Shown piece by piece: positions 26,796 to 37,254 of a stretch of 64,000 nucleotides of DNA; position 1 is the stretch's first letter, and every line of letters starts with the position of its first letter. The notes under the pieces were generated by a model. The model worked only from the letters and a program-made list of their open reading frames with translations. It was not told the origin of the DNA and searched no databases. This DNA comes from Escherichia phage ECO4. The DNA is taken from the sequence record NC_054911.1; one strand, 5' to 3'. The translations under genes and the position numbers were made by a program.

Positions 26796-27020
26796 TTATA
26801 CAACTCTCATATGCATATCAATGCCCATATCTTTAGAATAAAAATATTCATCAAGATATCCGGCAAATTTTCCTTTAACATAAAGGACATCTTCACCGCA
26901 TGGATGGTCGGCCAGGATACGAATATCCTGACGCTTAAGATTATGCTTTTTCATTAAGAATTGAATCTCAGTTTCAAATTCTTCTTCATAATTAAAAGCA
27001 TCATCAATGTTATATCTCAT
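26796..27020 (-). CDS. uvsY.-1: hypothetical protein immediately downstream of uvsY
   Basis: 74-aa ORF, start overlaps uvsY stop; symbol by synteny. Confidence 0.7.
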   Translation of the reverse strand: MRYNIDDAFNYEEEFETEIQFLMKKHNLKRQDIRILADHPCGEDVLYVKGKFAGYLDEYFYSKDMGIDMHMRVV

Positions 27021-27433
27021 TATTTTCCAGCCTCAAATGCCCGCATGTCTTGAATATGCTTAATAGCAAATCCGCGTGATTTGATAGCATCAAGAGCTCC
27101 GCTACAGAAATCTAATAAAATTCCCCAATATTGTAATGAAGTATCAACCTTTAAAACATCCTTATCAGCTGATAGAACTGTTTTCATTTCTGATTTCTCG
27201 TAACGATCCATACTAAATTCATCACCATCTCCTCGTCCCGAGTAGTAGTCTAATTTAGCTTTAAGAGCAACTTTTTTCTGTGCTTCAATTCTAAGCATTT
27301 CCTTTTTAATACTTGAATGCTTATTAAGCCATTTACTATATAACATCACATTATTAGCTGCTTCATACTGTAATTTAGTCGAATCTATAAACACATCTTT
27401 CTTCAATTCTTCTTGAAGATCTTCTAATCTCAT
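27020..27433 (-). CDS. uvsY: recombination mediator protein UvsY
   Basis: 137-aa ORF, MRLEDLQEELKKDVFIDSTKLQYEAANN (T4 UvsY is 137 aa). Confidence 0.96.
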   Translation of the reverse strand: MRLEDLQEELKKDVFIDSTKLQYEAANNVMLYSKWLNKHSSIKKEMLRIEAQKKVALKAKLDYYSGRGDGDEFSMDRYEKSEMKTVLSADKDVLKVDTSLQYWGILLDFCSGALDAIKSRGFAIKHIQDMRAFEAGK

Positions 27434-27473
27434 ATTGTTCTCTATTCAATTGTTATTGGATGGACTTAGATTC

Positions 27474-27499
27474 ATTATACCACGTTTTAACGTGAAGCA
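27474..27499 (-). promoter_or_regulatory. MotA-dependent middle promoter for uvsY
   Basis: On the coding strand: MotA box TGCTTCA, 13-nt spacer, TATAAT, about 40 nt before uvsY ATG. Confidence 0.6.
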
Positions 27500-27898
27500 T
27501 TATACCCTATTACTGGAAGCCAGTTGCAGTTTTATCTGCTCAATATCATCAGGATTATCGATGACTGAAAAGCGTATTTCTACTATCAAAGTATAATCAT
27601 CATAAACCGGTATTACATTAACTGCTAATTTATCAATACGTGGCTCATAGTTTCTTACTGCGCTTTCGATATTACGCTCAACCGTGTCAGCAGTAAGAGG
27701 AGTCATATTCTCAAAAAGTTGGTCAGATAAATCGCATCCAAATTCAGGGTCAAACGGTCTTGAACCTTTTCTTGTTGTAATAATTCCTAAAAGACTATTT
27801 TTAATTGACCTTAATCCAAGTGATCTTGAAACGTCTTTGTTCCAATCCATTTTCATCTCTGGGTCAATATCAGAATAAAGCTTATTAATATTTGCCAT
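27500..27898 (-). CDS. 25: baseplate wedge protein gp25
   Basis: 132-aa [32 protein letters not shown] (T4 gp25 is 132 aa). Confidence 0.95.
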   Translation of the reverse strand: MANINKLYSDIDPEMKMDWNKDVSRSLGLRSIKNSLLGIITTRKGSRPFDPEFGCDLSDQLFENMTPLTADTVERNIESAVRNYEPRIDKLAVNVIPVYDDYTLIVEIRFSVIDNPDDIEQIKLQLASSNRV

Positions 27899-28524
27899 TA
27901 CAATAGCTCAAAGAATTCTTTGAGTCCTCTTATTACATGAGCGTGGGTTTTTCCACACTCTGGACATTTAATTGGAACAGCCAAATAAACAGTAGGCTTT
28001 AAAAGCATATCTTTTATAGCTACAATATCTGACTCTGTGATGATAGAATATAAATCTTCCAATTCTTTTTCATTTAAGTCTTCAACTGGAATGCTTTCAC
28101 CGTTAGCATGAATCGTTTCTATACATGATACTATCATGTGGGCTATATTTTTATCATCAAAAATTTTAGGGTAATGGAATTTAATTTTAATGTCACCCAG
28201 TGTATACCAGAGGTCTTCTGGTGCATCTATTTGTGTATGTAATAGATTTATATGGGTTGGTATTTCAGTTCCACAGGTGCACTTCCAGGAGTTTTCGTGA
28301 TTAACTTCTCCAAGAGAATGCGCCCATAAATGAATCAGTAATAGTTCTGATTCTTGGCGGTTTAAATCTTTTGCATTTGTGCAGTCTTTGATTAGCTTTT
28401 TAACAATTACTTCTACGGAACCATTATTTTTGGCAGTAATAAGTTCTAGATATTCTTTAAGAGTAAATGCACGACAGTTGATTATTTTAGAACCAACTCT
28501 CACGTCAAATTTGTATTCATACAT
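27898..28524 (-). CDS. 26: baseplate hub protein gp26
   Basis: 208-aa ORF divergent from gene 51; T4 gp26 size and position. Confidence 0.9.
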   Translation of the reverse strand: MYEYKFDVRVGSKIINCRAFTLKEYLELITAKNNGSVEVIVKKLIKDCTNAKDLNRQESELLLIHLWAHSLGEVNHENSWKCTCGTEIPTHINLLHTQIDAPEDLWYTLGDIKIKFHYPKIFDDKNIAHMIVSCIETIHANGESIPVEDLNEKELEDLYSIITESDIVAIKDMLLKPTVYLAVPIKCPECGKTHAHVIRGLKEFFELL

Positions 28525-28545
28525 ATTTAGCTCCTTTATTTATCA

Positions 28546-28557
28546 TATTTATAAATA
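28546..28557. promoter_or_regulatory. palindromic bidirectional late promoter between divergent genes 26 and 51
   Basis: TATTTATAAATA reads TATAAATA on both strands, each 17-25 nt before a divergent ATG with SD. Confidence 0.6.
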
Positions 28558-28574
28558 GAATAAAAGGAGCATCT

Positions 28575-29324
28575 ATGGCAAACATTATTCGTTGTAAATT
28601 ACCTGATGGTGTTCATCGTTTTAAACCATTTACGGTAGAAGATTATCGAGATTTTTTGTTAGTTCGAAACGATATAGAACATCGGTCATCACAAGAACAA
28701 AAAGAAGTAATTGCTGATTTAATTGCTGATTATTTTGGAGACTATCCAAAGACTTGGCAACCATTTATATTTTTGCAGGTATTTGTAGGTTCAATAGGTA
28801 AAACTAAAGTACCAGTCACATTCATATGTCCAAAATGTAAAAAAGAAAAGACAGTTCCATTTGAAATATATCAAAAAGAATTAAAGGAACCTATTTTTGA
28901 TGTAGCTAATGTTAAAATTAAATTAAATTTTCCTTCTGAGTTTTATGAAAATAAAGCAAAGATGATTACTGAAAATATTCATTCTGTTCAAGTAGATGAA
29001 ATGTGGTATGATTGGAAGGAAATTAGTGAATCAAGTCAAATAGAACTTGTTGACGCCATCGAGATAGAAACATTAGAAAAAATTCTCGATGCAATGAATC
29101 CTATTAATTTAACATTGCACATGTCGTGTTGTGATAAGTACATTAAAAAATACACTGATATAGTAGATGTGTTTAAGCTATTAGTTAATCCAGATGAGAT
29201 ATTTACTTTTTATCAAATTAATCACACGCTTGTAAAAAGTAATTATAGCTTAAATTCAATAATGAAAATGATTCCTGCCGAGCGCGGATTCGTATTAAAA
29301 CTGATTGAGAAGGATAAACAATAA
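28575..29324 (+). CDS. 51: baseplate hub assembly catalyst gp51
   Basis: 249-aa ORF (T4 gp51 is 249 aa); synteny 26-51-27. Confidence 0.9.
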   Translation: MANIIRCKLPDGVHRFKPFTVEDYRDFLLVRNDIEHRSSQEQKEVIADLIADYFGDYPKTWQPFIFLQVFVGSIGKTKVPVTFICPKCKKEKTVPFEIYQKELKEPIFDVANVKIKLNFPSEFYENKAKMITENIHSVQVDEMWYDWKEISESSQIELVDAIEIETLEKILDAMNPINLTLHMSCCDKYIKKYTDIVDVFKLLVNPDEIFTFYQINHTLVKSNYSLNSIMKMIPAERGFVLKLIEKDKQ

Positions 29325-30496
29325 TGAGTATGTTGCAACGCCCCGGATATCCAAATCTCAGCGTTAAATTATTTGAGAGTTATGACGCTTGGAGTAATAA
29401 TAGATTTGTTGAATTAGCTGCTACTATTACCACATTAACTATGCGTGACTCTCTTTATGGTCGAAATGAAGGAATGCTACAATTTTATGATTCTAAAAAC
29501 ATTCATACAAAAATGGATGGAAATGAAATAATTCAGATTTCTGTAGCTAATGCAAACGATATTAATAATGTTAAAACACGAATTTATGGATGCAAGCATT
29601 TTTCCGTGTCAGTAGATTCAAAAGGCGATAACATCATTGCTATTGAATTGGGAACTATTCATTCTATAGAAAATCTTAAATTTGGTAGACCATTTTTCCC
29701 TGATGCCGGGGAATCTATAAAGGAAATGCTTGGTGTCATTTATCAAGACCGCACATTATTAACTCCAGCAATAAATGCTATAAATGCTTATGTTCCTGAT
29801 ATTCCATGGACTAGCACATTTGAAAACTATTTGTCATATGTAAGAGAAGTTGCTCTAGCGGTAGGAAGCGATAAGTTCGTATTTGTATGGCAAGACATCA
29901 TGGGAGTTAACATGATGGACTATGATATGATGATAAATCAAGAACCATATCCAATGATTGTGGGTGAGCCAACTTTAATAGGTCAATTCGTCCAAGAATT
30001 GAAATATCCATTAGCATATGATTTTGTTTGGTTGACTAAATCAAACCCGCATAAACGTGATCCAATGAAAAATGCTACTATCTATGCTCATTCATTTTTA
30101 GATTCTTCATTACCAATGATTACTACAGGAAAGGGTGAAAACTCTATTGTAGTGTCAAGGTCAGGTGCTTATTCTGAAATGACTTATAGAAATGGATATG
30201 AAGAAGCTATTCGTCTTCAGACTATGGCGCAGTATGATGGTTACGCTAAATGTTCTACTGTCGGTAATTTTAACTTGACTCCTGGCGTTAAAATTATTTT
30301 TAATGATAGTAAAAACCAATTTAAAACAGAATTTTACGTTGATGAAGTTATTCACGAATTATCAAATAATAATTCCGTAACTCATCTTTATATGTTCACT
30401 AATGCAACGAAACTGGAAACAATTGACCCAGTTAAGGTTAAAAATGAATTTAAAACTGATACTACCACTGAAGAAAGTAGTTCTTCCGATAAGTAA
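29324..30496 (+). CDS. 27: baseplate hub protein gp27
   Basis: 390-aa ORF; T4 gp27 size and position. Confidence 0.92.
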   Translation: MSMLQRPGYPNLSVKLFESYDAWSNNRFVELAATITTLTMRDSLYGRNEGMLQFYDSKNIHTKMDGNEIIQISVANANDINNVKTRIYGCKHFSVSVDSKGDNIIAIELGTIHSIENLKFGRPFFPDAGESIKEMLGVIYQDRTLLTPAINAINAYVPDIPWTSTFENYLSYVREVALAVGSDKFVFVWQDIMGVNMMDYDMMINQEPYPMIVGEPTLIGQFVQELKYPLAYDFVWLTKSNPHKRDPMKNATIYAHSFLDSSLPMITTGKGENSIVVSRSGAYSEMTYRNGYEEAIRLQTMAQYDGYAKCSTVGNFNLTPGVKIIFNDSKNQFKTEFYVDEVIHELSNNNSVTHLYMFTNATKLETIDPVKVKNEFKTDTTTEESSSSDK

Positions 30497-30977
30497 TAAA
30501 GAAGTTTCTATTCCTAAGATGGGTCTTAAACATTATAACATTTTAAAAGATGTTAAAGGTCCTGATGAAAATTTAAAGCTTCTTATTGATTCTATTTGTC
30601 CAAATTTATCACCGGCAGAAGTTGATTTCGTTTCTATTCATTTGCTAGAATTTAATGGAAAGATTAAATCTCGTAAAGAAATAGATGGTTATACTTATGA
30701 TATTAATGACGTTTATGTATGTCAAAGATTGGAATTTCAATACCAAGGAAATACATTTTATTTTAGACCTCCTGGAAAATTTGAACAATTTTTAACTGTA
30801 AGCGATATGTTATCCAAATGCTTGCTTAAGGTCAATGATGAAGTTAAAGAAATTAATTTTCTTGAGATGCCAGCATTTGTTTTAAAATGGGCAAATGATA
30901 TTTCTACAACTTTAGCAATTCCTGGCCCTAATGGTCCAATAACCGGAATTGGCAATATTATTGGATTATTTGAATGA
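30444..30977 (+). CDS. 28: baseplate hub distal protein gp28
   Basis: 177-aa ORF from ATG 30444 (T4 gp28 is 177 aa), overlapping gp27 3' end; track start 30402 is an extension. Confidence 0.8.
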   Translation: MNLKLILPLKKVVLPISNKEVSIPKMGLKHYNILKDVKGPDENLKLLIDSICPNLSPAEVDFVSIHLLEFNGKIKSRKEIDGYTYDINDVYVCQRLEFQYQGNTFYFRPPGKFEQFLTVSDMLSKCLLKVNDEVKEINFLEMPAFVLKWANDISTTLAIPGPNGPITGIGNIIGLFE

Positions 30978-32746
30978 AAAAGCCACAAGAAATGCAAACG
31001 ATGCGTAGAAAAGTTATTTCAGATAATAAACCAACACAGGACGCGGCTAAATCCGCTTCTAATACTTTATCTGGTCTTAATGACATTTCTACAAAATTAG
31101 ATGATGCTCAAGCTGCTTCTGAATTAATAGCTCAGACTGTTGAAGAAAAATCAAATGAAATAGTTGGAGCAATTGATAACGTTGAAAGCGCAGTAAGTGA
31201 TACTACTGCCGGTTCTGAGTTAATTGCTGAAACTGTTGAAATTGGAAACAATATTAATAAAGAAATCGGTGAATCGCTCGGAAGCAAATTAGATAAATTA
31301 ACAAGTTTACTGGAACAAAAAATTCAGACAGCTGGAATTCAGCAAACTGGAACGAGTTTAGCAGTAGTCGAAAATGCTATTCCTGTTAAAGTCGTCGAGG
31401 ATGATACAGCTGAATCTGTGGGTCCTTTATTACCGGCTCCTGAAGCAGTTAATAATGATCCTGATGCTGATTTTTTCCCTACTCCTCAGCCAATTGAACC
31501 AAAACAAGAGTCTCCAGAAGAGAAGCAAAAAAGAGACGCATTTAACTTAAAATTATCTCAAGCTTTAGATAAATTAACAAAGACAGTTGATTTCGGATTT
31601 AAGAAATCTATTTCAATTACTGATAAAATATCTAGCATGCTATTTAAGTATACCGTCAGTGCTGCTATTGAAGCTGCTAAAATGGTTGCATTGATAATGG
31701 CTGTTGTTATTGGAATAGACCTGCTGATGGTTCATTTTAAATACTGGTCAGATAAATTTTCAAAAGCCTGGGATTTATTTAGCACTGATTTTACTAAATT
31801 CTCTAGCGAAACCGGAACATGGGGTCCTTTATTACAGAGCATCTTTGATTCTATTGATAAAATTAAACAACTTTGGGAAGCTGGAGATTGGGGCGGATTG
31901 ACAGTAGCTATTGTTGAAGGGCTTGGAAGTGTTCTTTATAATTTAGGAGAGCTTATTCAATTAGGTATGGCTAAATTATCTGCAGCAATTCTTCGAGTCA
32001 TTCCTGGCATGAAGGATACTGCTGATGAAGTAGAAGGAAGAGCATTAGAAAATTTCCAAAATTCTACTGGAGCATCTCTTAATAAAGAAGACCAAGAAAA
32101 AGTAGCAAATTATCAAGATAAACGAATGAATGATGATCTTGGCCCAATAGCAAAAGGATTAGACAAAATTGCGAACTGGAAAACTCGTGCATCTAACTGG
32201 ATTCGTGGTGTAGATAATAAAGAAGCATTGACTACTGACGAAGAACGTGCAGCAGAAGAAGAAAAATTAAAACAACTTTCACCGGAAGAAAGAAAAAATG
32301 CTTTAATGAAAGCTAATGAAGCTCGTGCTGCGATGATTCGTTTTGAAAAATACGCTGATTCAGCTGATATGAGCAAAGACTCGACAGTTAAATCAATTGA
32401 AGCTGCTCATGAAGACCTTAAAAAACGAATGAATGATCCGGATTTAAATAATTCACCAGCAGTTAAAAAAGAACTTGCTTCTAGATTTGCTAAAATTGAT
32501 GCCACTTATCAAGAGCTCAAGAAAAATCAACCTGAAGCAAAACCTGAAACTTCTGCTAAATCACCAGAAGCAAAACAGGTCCAGGTGATTGAAAAGAACA
32601 AAGCACAACAAGCTCCTGTTCAACAAGCATCTCCTTCAATCAATAATACTAATAATGTTATTAAGAAAAATACTGTCGTTCATAATATGACACCTGTCAC
32701 AAGCACAACTGCTCCTGGTGTATTTGGTGCGACGGGAGTTAATTAA
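30974..32746 (+). CDS. 29: baseplate hub / tail length tape-measure protein gp29
   Basis: 590-aa ORF (T4 gp29 is 590 aa); synteny. Confidence 0.93.
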   Translation: MKKPQEMQTMRRKVISDNKPTQDAAKSASNTLSGLNDISTKLDDAQAASELIAQTVEEKSNEIVGAIDNVESAVSDTTAGSELIAETVEIGNNINKEIGESLGSKLDKLTSLLEQKIQTAGIQQTGTSLAVVENAIPVKVVEDDTAESVGPLLPAPEAVNNDPDADFFPTPQPIEPKQESPEEKQKRDAFNLKLSQALDKLTKTVDFGFKKSISITDKISSMLFKYTVSAAIEAAKMVALIMAVVIGIDLLMVHFKYWSDKFSKAWDLFSTDFTKFSSETGTWGPLLQSIFDSIDKIKQLWEAGDWGGLTVAIVEGLGSVLYNLGELIQLGMAKLSAAILRVIPGMKDTADEVEGRALENFQNSTGASLNKEDQEKVANYQDKRMNDDLGPIAKGLDKIANWKTRASNWIRGVDNKEALTTDEERAAEEEKLKQLSPEERKNALMKANEARAAMIRFEKYADSADMSKDSTVKSIEAAHEDLKKRMNDPDLNNSPAVKKELASRFAKIDATYQELKKNQPEAKPETSAKSPEAKQVQVIEKNKAQQAPVQQASPSINNTNNVIKKNTVVHNMTPVTSTTAPGVFGATGVN

Positions 32747-32754
32747 GGAATAAT

Positions 32755-33849
32755 ATGGCAATTGTTAAAGAAATAACTGCTGATTTAATTAAAAAGTCCG
32801 GTGAAACAATTTCAGCCGGACAGAGTACTAAATCAGAAGTAGGAACTAAAACATACACAGCCCAGTTTCCAACTGGGCGTGCTAGTGGTAATGACACTAC
32901 AGGGGACTTCCAGGTAACAGATCTATATAAGAATGGATTATTATTTACTGCATACAATATGTCATCTAGGGATTCTGGAAGTCTTAGAACGATGAGATCT
33001 AACTACTCTTCTTCATCTTCGAGTATTTTACGTACAGCCAGAAACACTATCAGTAATACAGTATCAAAACTATCAAATGGACTAATATCAGATAATAATT
33101 CAGGAACAATAAGTAAAGTTCCTGTTGCAAATATTCTTTTACCTAGATCTAAATCTGACGTCGATACGTCATCACATAGATTTAATGATGTTCAAGATAG
33201 TCTTATTACAAAAGGCGGAGGTACTGCTACTGGTGTGCTAAGTAATATGGCTTCAACTGCAGTATTTGGTGCGCTTGAAAGTATAACACAAGGAATAATG
33301 GCTGATAATAATGAACAGATCTATACAACAGCTAGAAGTATGTATGGCGGTGCTGAAAATAGAACAAAAGTGTTCACCTGGGATTTGACTCCGCGCTCAA
33401 CAGAAGATTTAATGGCTATTATTAATATCTATCAGTATTTTAACTATTTTTCTTACGGTGAAACTGGTAAATCTCAATATGCTGCTGAAATAAAAGGATA
33501 TTTAGATGAGTGGTATCGTTCTACATTTATTGAACCATTAACGCCAGAAGACGCGATTAAAAACAAGACGTTATTTGAAAAAATGACATCGAGTTTAACG
33601 AACGTTCTTGTAGTTTCAAACCCGACAATTTGGATGGTGAAAAACTTTGGTGCAACTTCTAAATTTGATGGAAAGACTGAAGTATTCGGTCCATGCCAAA
33701 TACAGAGTATTAGATTTGATAAAACACCAAATGGTAACTTTAATGGATTAGCTATTGCTCCTAACCTTCCAAGTTCTTTTACACTCGAGATTACTATGAG
33801 AGAGATTATTACGTTAAACCGTGCTTCTTTATATACGGGGACTTTCTAA
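32755..33849 (+). CDS. 48: baseplate tail tube cap protein gp48
   Basis: 364-aa ORF (T4 gp48 is 364 aa); synteny. Confidence 0.92.
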   Translation: MAIVKEITADLIKKSGETISAGQSTKSEVGTKTYTAQFPTGRASGNDTTGDFQVTDLYKNGLLFTAYNMSSRDSGSLRTMRSNYSSSSSSILRTARNTISNTVSKLSNGLISDNNSGTISKVPVANILLPRSKSDVDTSSHRFNDVQDSLITKGGGTATGVLSNMASTAVFGALESITQGIMADNNEQIYTTARSMYGGAENRTKVFTWDLTPRSTEDLMAIINIYQYFNYFSYGETGKSQYAAEIKGYLDEWYRSTFIEPLTPEDAIKNKTLFEKMTSSLTNVLVVSNPTIWMVKNFGATSKFDGKTEVFGPCQIQSIRFDKTPNGNFNGLAIAPNLPSSFTLEITMREIITLNRASLYTGTF

Positions 33850-34814
33850 TGTATTCTTTAGAGGAATTTAATAATCAAGCAATAAACGCAGACTTCCAAC
33901 GTAATAATATGTTCAGCTGTGTTTTTGCTACAACTCCATCAACTAAAAGCTCATCGTTAATAAGCTCAATTAGTAACTTTGCTTATAATAACTTGGGTCT
34001 AAATTCAGATTGGTTGGGATTAACTCAAGGTGATATTAATCAGGGAATTACCACGCTAATTACCGCTGGCACACAAAAACTGATAAGAAAATCAGGGGTT
34101 AGTAAATATCTTATTGGTGCCATGAGTCAACGTACAGTTCAAAGTTTATTAGGCTCATTTACAGTTGGTACATATTTAATTGACTTCTTTAACATGGCAT
34201 ATAACTCATCTGGATTGATGATATATTCTGTAAAAATGCCAGAGAATAGATTATCCTATGAAACTGACTGGAACTATAATTCTCCTAATATTCGTATAAC
34301 TGGAAGAGAATTAGACCCTTTGGTTATTTCATTTAGAATGGATTCAGAAGCTTGTAACTATCGTGCAATGCAAGACTGGGTTAACGCTGTTCAAGACCCA
34401 GTAACTGGATTGCGTGCTTTACCGCAAGATGTCGAGGCAGATATTCAGGTCAATCTTCATTCTCGCAATGGATTACCACATACTGCGGTGATGTTCACTG
34501 GCTGTATTCCAATATCTGTGAGTGCTCCTGAGTTATCATATGATGGAGATAACCAAATAACTACATTTGATGTTACTTTCGCGTATAGAGTCATGCAGGC
34601 TGGAGCAGTTGATAGACAAGCTGCCCTTGAATGGCTTGAATCTGCTACTATAAATGGTATTCAAAGCGTTCTCGGAAATAGTGGAGGTGTTACTGGACTA
34701 TCTAATTCGCTTTCACGACTTAGTAGATTAGGGGGAACTGCAGGAAGCATTTCAAATATTAATACTATGACAGGAATTGTCAACTCGCAAAGTAAAATAT
34801 TAGGAGCAATATAA
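33849..34814 (+). CDS. 54: baseplate tail tube initiator gp54
   Basis: 321-aa ORF; T4 gp54 size and position. Confidence 0.92.
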   Translation: MYSLEEFNNQAINADFQRNNMFSCVFATTPSTKSSSLISSISNFAYNNLGLNSDWLGLTQGDINQGITTLITAGTQKLIRKSGVSKYLIGAMSQRTVQSLLGSFTVGTYLIDFFNMAYNSSGLMIYSVKMPENRLSYETDWNYNSPNIRITGRELDPLVISFRMDSEACNYRAMQDWVNAVQDPVTGLRALPQDVEADIQVNLHSRNGLPHTAVMFTGCIPISVSAPELSYDGDNQITTFDVTFAYRVMQAGAVDRQAALEWLESATINGIQSVLGNSGGVTGLSNSLSRLSRLGGTAGSISNINTMTGIVNSQSKILGAI

Positions 34815-34818
34815 CAAT

Positions 34819-34848
34819 GGGGACCGAAAGGTCCCCATGTTTTTATTT
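34819..34848. terminator. bidirectional terminator between convergent gene 54 and the 96-aa ORF
   Basis: GGGGACC-GAAA-GGTCCCC followed by ATGTTTTTATTT on the + strand. Confidence 0.7.
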
Positions 34849-35133
34849 ACGGAATGAAATAAAAGCAGCAACTGAAGCAACAGAGGTTTCTTCAATATAA
34901 ACCTCAATTTTTATCGGAGCTTCTGACTCAAATTTACCTGTTACTACACCCTGAAAAATACTTTCAGTCTGTTCTGGCTTTGAAAAATTTTCAGAAGGAA
35001 AAATTCCGAACTTTTTATCTGTTCCAAAAATTTTGATAAATTCATCGTAAACTGCTTCATTGAAAGCGTTATCAGCGGGAATAACGCCTTCAACGACGAG
35101 TTCTTGACCTAAAAAGCGCAAAGAAGATTTCAT
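34843..35133 (-). CDS. hypothetical protein downstream of alt paralogues
   Basis: 96-aa ORF with GAGGA SD, driven by the duplicated early promoter cassette at 35141-35194. Confidence 0.7.
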   Translation of the reverse strand: MKSSLRFLGQELVVEGVIPADNAFNEAVYDEFIKIFGTDKKFGIFPSENFSKPEQTESIFQGVVTGKFESEAPIKIEVYIEETSVASVAAFISFRK

Positions 35134-35164
35134 TTTGTGTTCCTCATGTTATGTCAGTAAGACT

Positions 35165-35194
35165 ACTATAACACAACACGAGGGACTTGTAAAC
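35165..35194 (-). promoter_or_regulatory. T4 early-type promoter (GTTTAC -35, TATAGT -10), copy A of the 54-bp cassette
   Basis: Coding-strand GTTTAC, 18 nt, TATAGT, then leader and GAGGA SD to ATG 35133. Confidence 0.6.
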
Positions 35195-37251
35195 TACATT
35201 TTGAACTTTTTAGACATTCCGTTGATGTTAACCAAAGAAGCTAAGATTTGAGAAACTTCGTTTTCCTCTTCTTTTGATTCTTCTACAAGGAATTGATTAA
35301 ATCCAGCCATTGGACGAACTTCACCAGTTTCCATTAGATGGTCGCCATCATATACTGATTCTTCTAATTGTTCAGAAGGAGGAACGATTGTACCTTCGAT
35401 TAGATACTTGTTATAAGCAGTTTCTTTCATAAAGTAAGTACTTACTTTATTAATCTTCAGTAAAATTCCACGTGGTAGAATAACTTCAGCTTCTGATGGA
35501 AATCCTGACAAATGACCTGGAACGATAACTTTAACTCGTTCAGCTCCTTTAATTACCATACCCACGCTAGTTTCAGCATCTTCATTAGCATATGTAGAAT
35601 GACTACCCATATGCATCAAATCTTCTGCATCAACGGAACCTTCTCCTTCACCAGAAAATACTGCTCCGGAATCATCTAAGGCCATATAATTTTTACCATA
35701 CTCACCAAAGATATTTGGTTTAAGTGATGTAGATACGAAGTTCTTGAAATAGAACATTTTATTTTCAATGTTATGACGCAAAGTTTTAAAAGTAACTTCT
35801 TGTCCACGGTAAAGTGTAGTTCCTGGAGGAAGAACTGAACCTTTAGCAAACGCAGAATCCATAGTCTCGATGTGCTTAATAGCGCGCTCCATGTATTCTT
35901 CACGTGTAGAATCAGGTTTACCTAAAAGGAATGAGTTCATTTCAACATACGAATCTGCACAATAATCTTCAATTACATCAGATTCAGCCTGAGTCAATCC
36001 TTTTGGAGTTACTTCAGTGCTTGCATATTCATACGCCTGAGCAGCGGATTCATCAATTAATTTATAAATGCCATTCATGACAAATTGAATAATAGCTGTC
36101 TTTTCATCTGGCGTAGCTTTAGAACCTTTAACTAAATCATTGACAATTTTCTTAATAACATCAAAGCTATTAGAAATATTAATGTCAGCAAGATCGCTTA
36201 AAATTTTATCAGTTTTATAATCAAAAAATTCTTTATTCTTTAAATATTCTTGAGAACTTTGATATGTTATATCGCTCTGCAACTTGATAGATGGATCACG
36301 TAAACGTGCATGGGCTAATGCAATATGATTTCGGAAGCTTTCTAGTTCATAATCACTAGATTTAAAACGAGAAGCACTCCTCATACCACCGATAGCTCCT
36401 TTGCCGAAGTTTGAACCAATCTGAATAACGCCAGAGTTCATTGGTCCTTCTGCTTTATATACCGGAACTTTAGATTCAAACTCTTGATATTTCTTAGCAG
36501 CAAAGCTATCACCCTGAAGTGAAGCATCAACAGTAGAATATTGAGCTTGTGCTGCTAATCGACGACTAATTTTAGTTTTCTGAATAACAGCTTGATCCGT
36601 ACGCTTATCATTTTCTAAAGCAATAGAAGCAGCAACTGCGACAGCTTTAGGAACAGCATTACCTGTTTTAACGTCTACATAAACATCACCGACTTTCGAT
36701 TCAACTTTTGTGAATAACTCAGTTGAAATAGGAGGTACACCTGGAATGTCTTCTAAATTGGCATTTTTACGGTAAACCATAATATATGCATATTTCTTAT
36801 CATAGTCCCAGATTTCCTTTAAAAGAACATATCGACCTGCTCCTTTAGTACGTACTAAACGGTCAGCAATAACTTGCATTTGACGAGCAGCGCCATTTGT
36901 TTTACTTTTTAGTACGCGGAATAGGCATGCATCAATTTTATACTGTTTCATTGTTTGAAGAGCAGTATCAAAAACCGCATTAATGACACCAATTGGATTT
37001 CCACCCAAATTTTTAAGCTTAACTAACGATAATTTCTCATTAACACCTATCATTACGATATGCATCATTTTGTCGCCTGGCTTAACGTTTTTATTCGTAT
37101 CACCGCCAGAGGTGTATGTACAAAATCGAAATCCAGGAAGAACGCTTTCTTCACCGGCTTGAATAGCAAAAATTTGAGGTATTTTATGCTTAGGATTTAA
37201 GTTAACAACCGGCGCCGAAGCGCCGTCAAATAATTCTGTAATAAGTTCCAT
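35194..37251 (-). CDS. Alt-family mono-ADP-ribosyltransferase paralogue (685 aa)
   Basis: N-terminus MELITELFDGASAPVVNLNP shared with the upstream paralogue; C-terminal ART signature (Arg in TLYRGQ, STS in FVSTSL, catalytic EAE in EAEVILPRG). Confidence 0.85.
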   Translation of the reverse strand: MELITELFDGASAPVVNLNPKHKIPQIFAIQAGEESVLPGFRFCTYTSGGDTNKNVKPGDKMMHIVMIGVNEKLSLVKLKNLGGNPIGVINAVFDTALQTMKQYKIDACLFRVLKSKTNGAARQMQVIADRLVRTKGAGRYVLLKEIWDYDKKYAYIMVYRKNANLEDIPGVPPISTELFTKVESKVGDVYVDVKTGNAVPKAVAVAASIALENDKRTDQAVIQKTKISRRLAAQAQYSTVDASLQGDSFAAKKYQEFESKVPVYKAEGPMNSGVIQIGSNFGKGAIGGMRSASRFKSSDYELESFRNHIALAHARLRDPSIKLQSDITYQSSQEYLKNKEFFDYKTDKILSDLADINISNSFDVIKKIVNDLVKGSKATPDEKTAIIQFVMNGIYKLIDESAAQAYEYASTEVTPKGLTQAESDVIEDYCADSYVEMNSFLLGKPDSTREEYMERAIKHIETMDSAFAKGSVLPPGTTLYRGQEVTFKTLRHNIENKMFYFKNFVSTSLKPNIFGEYGKNYMALDDSGAVFSGEGEGSVDAEDLMHMGSHSTYANEDAETSVGMVIKGAERVKVIVPGHLSGFPSEAEVILPRGILLKINKVSTYFMKETAYNKYLIEGTIVPPSEQLEESVYDGDHLMETGEVRPMAGFNQFLVEESKEEENEVSQILASLVNINGMSKKFKM

Positions 37252-37254
37252 GAT

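Noticed and set aside
26700-26957. 85-aa + strand ORF from the track
   Set aside because: Overlaps two - strand ORFs that fit the operon structure (55-aa ORF and the 74-aa uvsY-proximal gene); no SD; odd composition.
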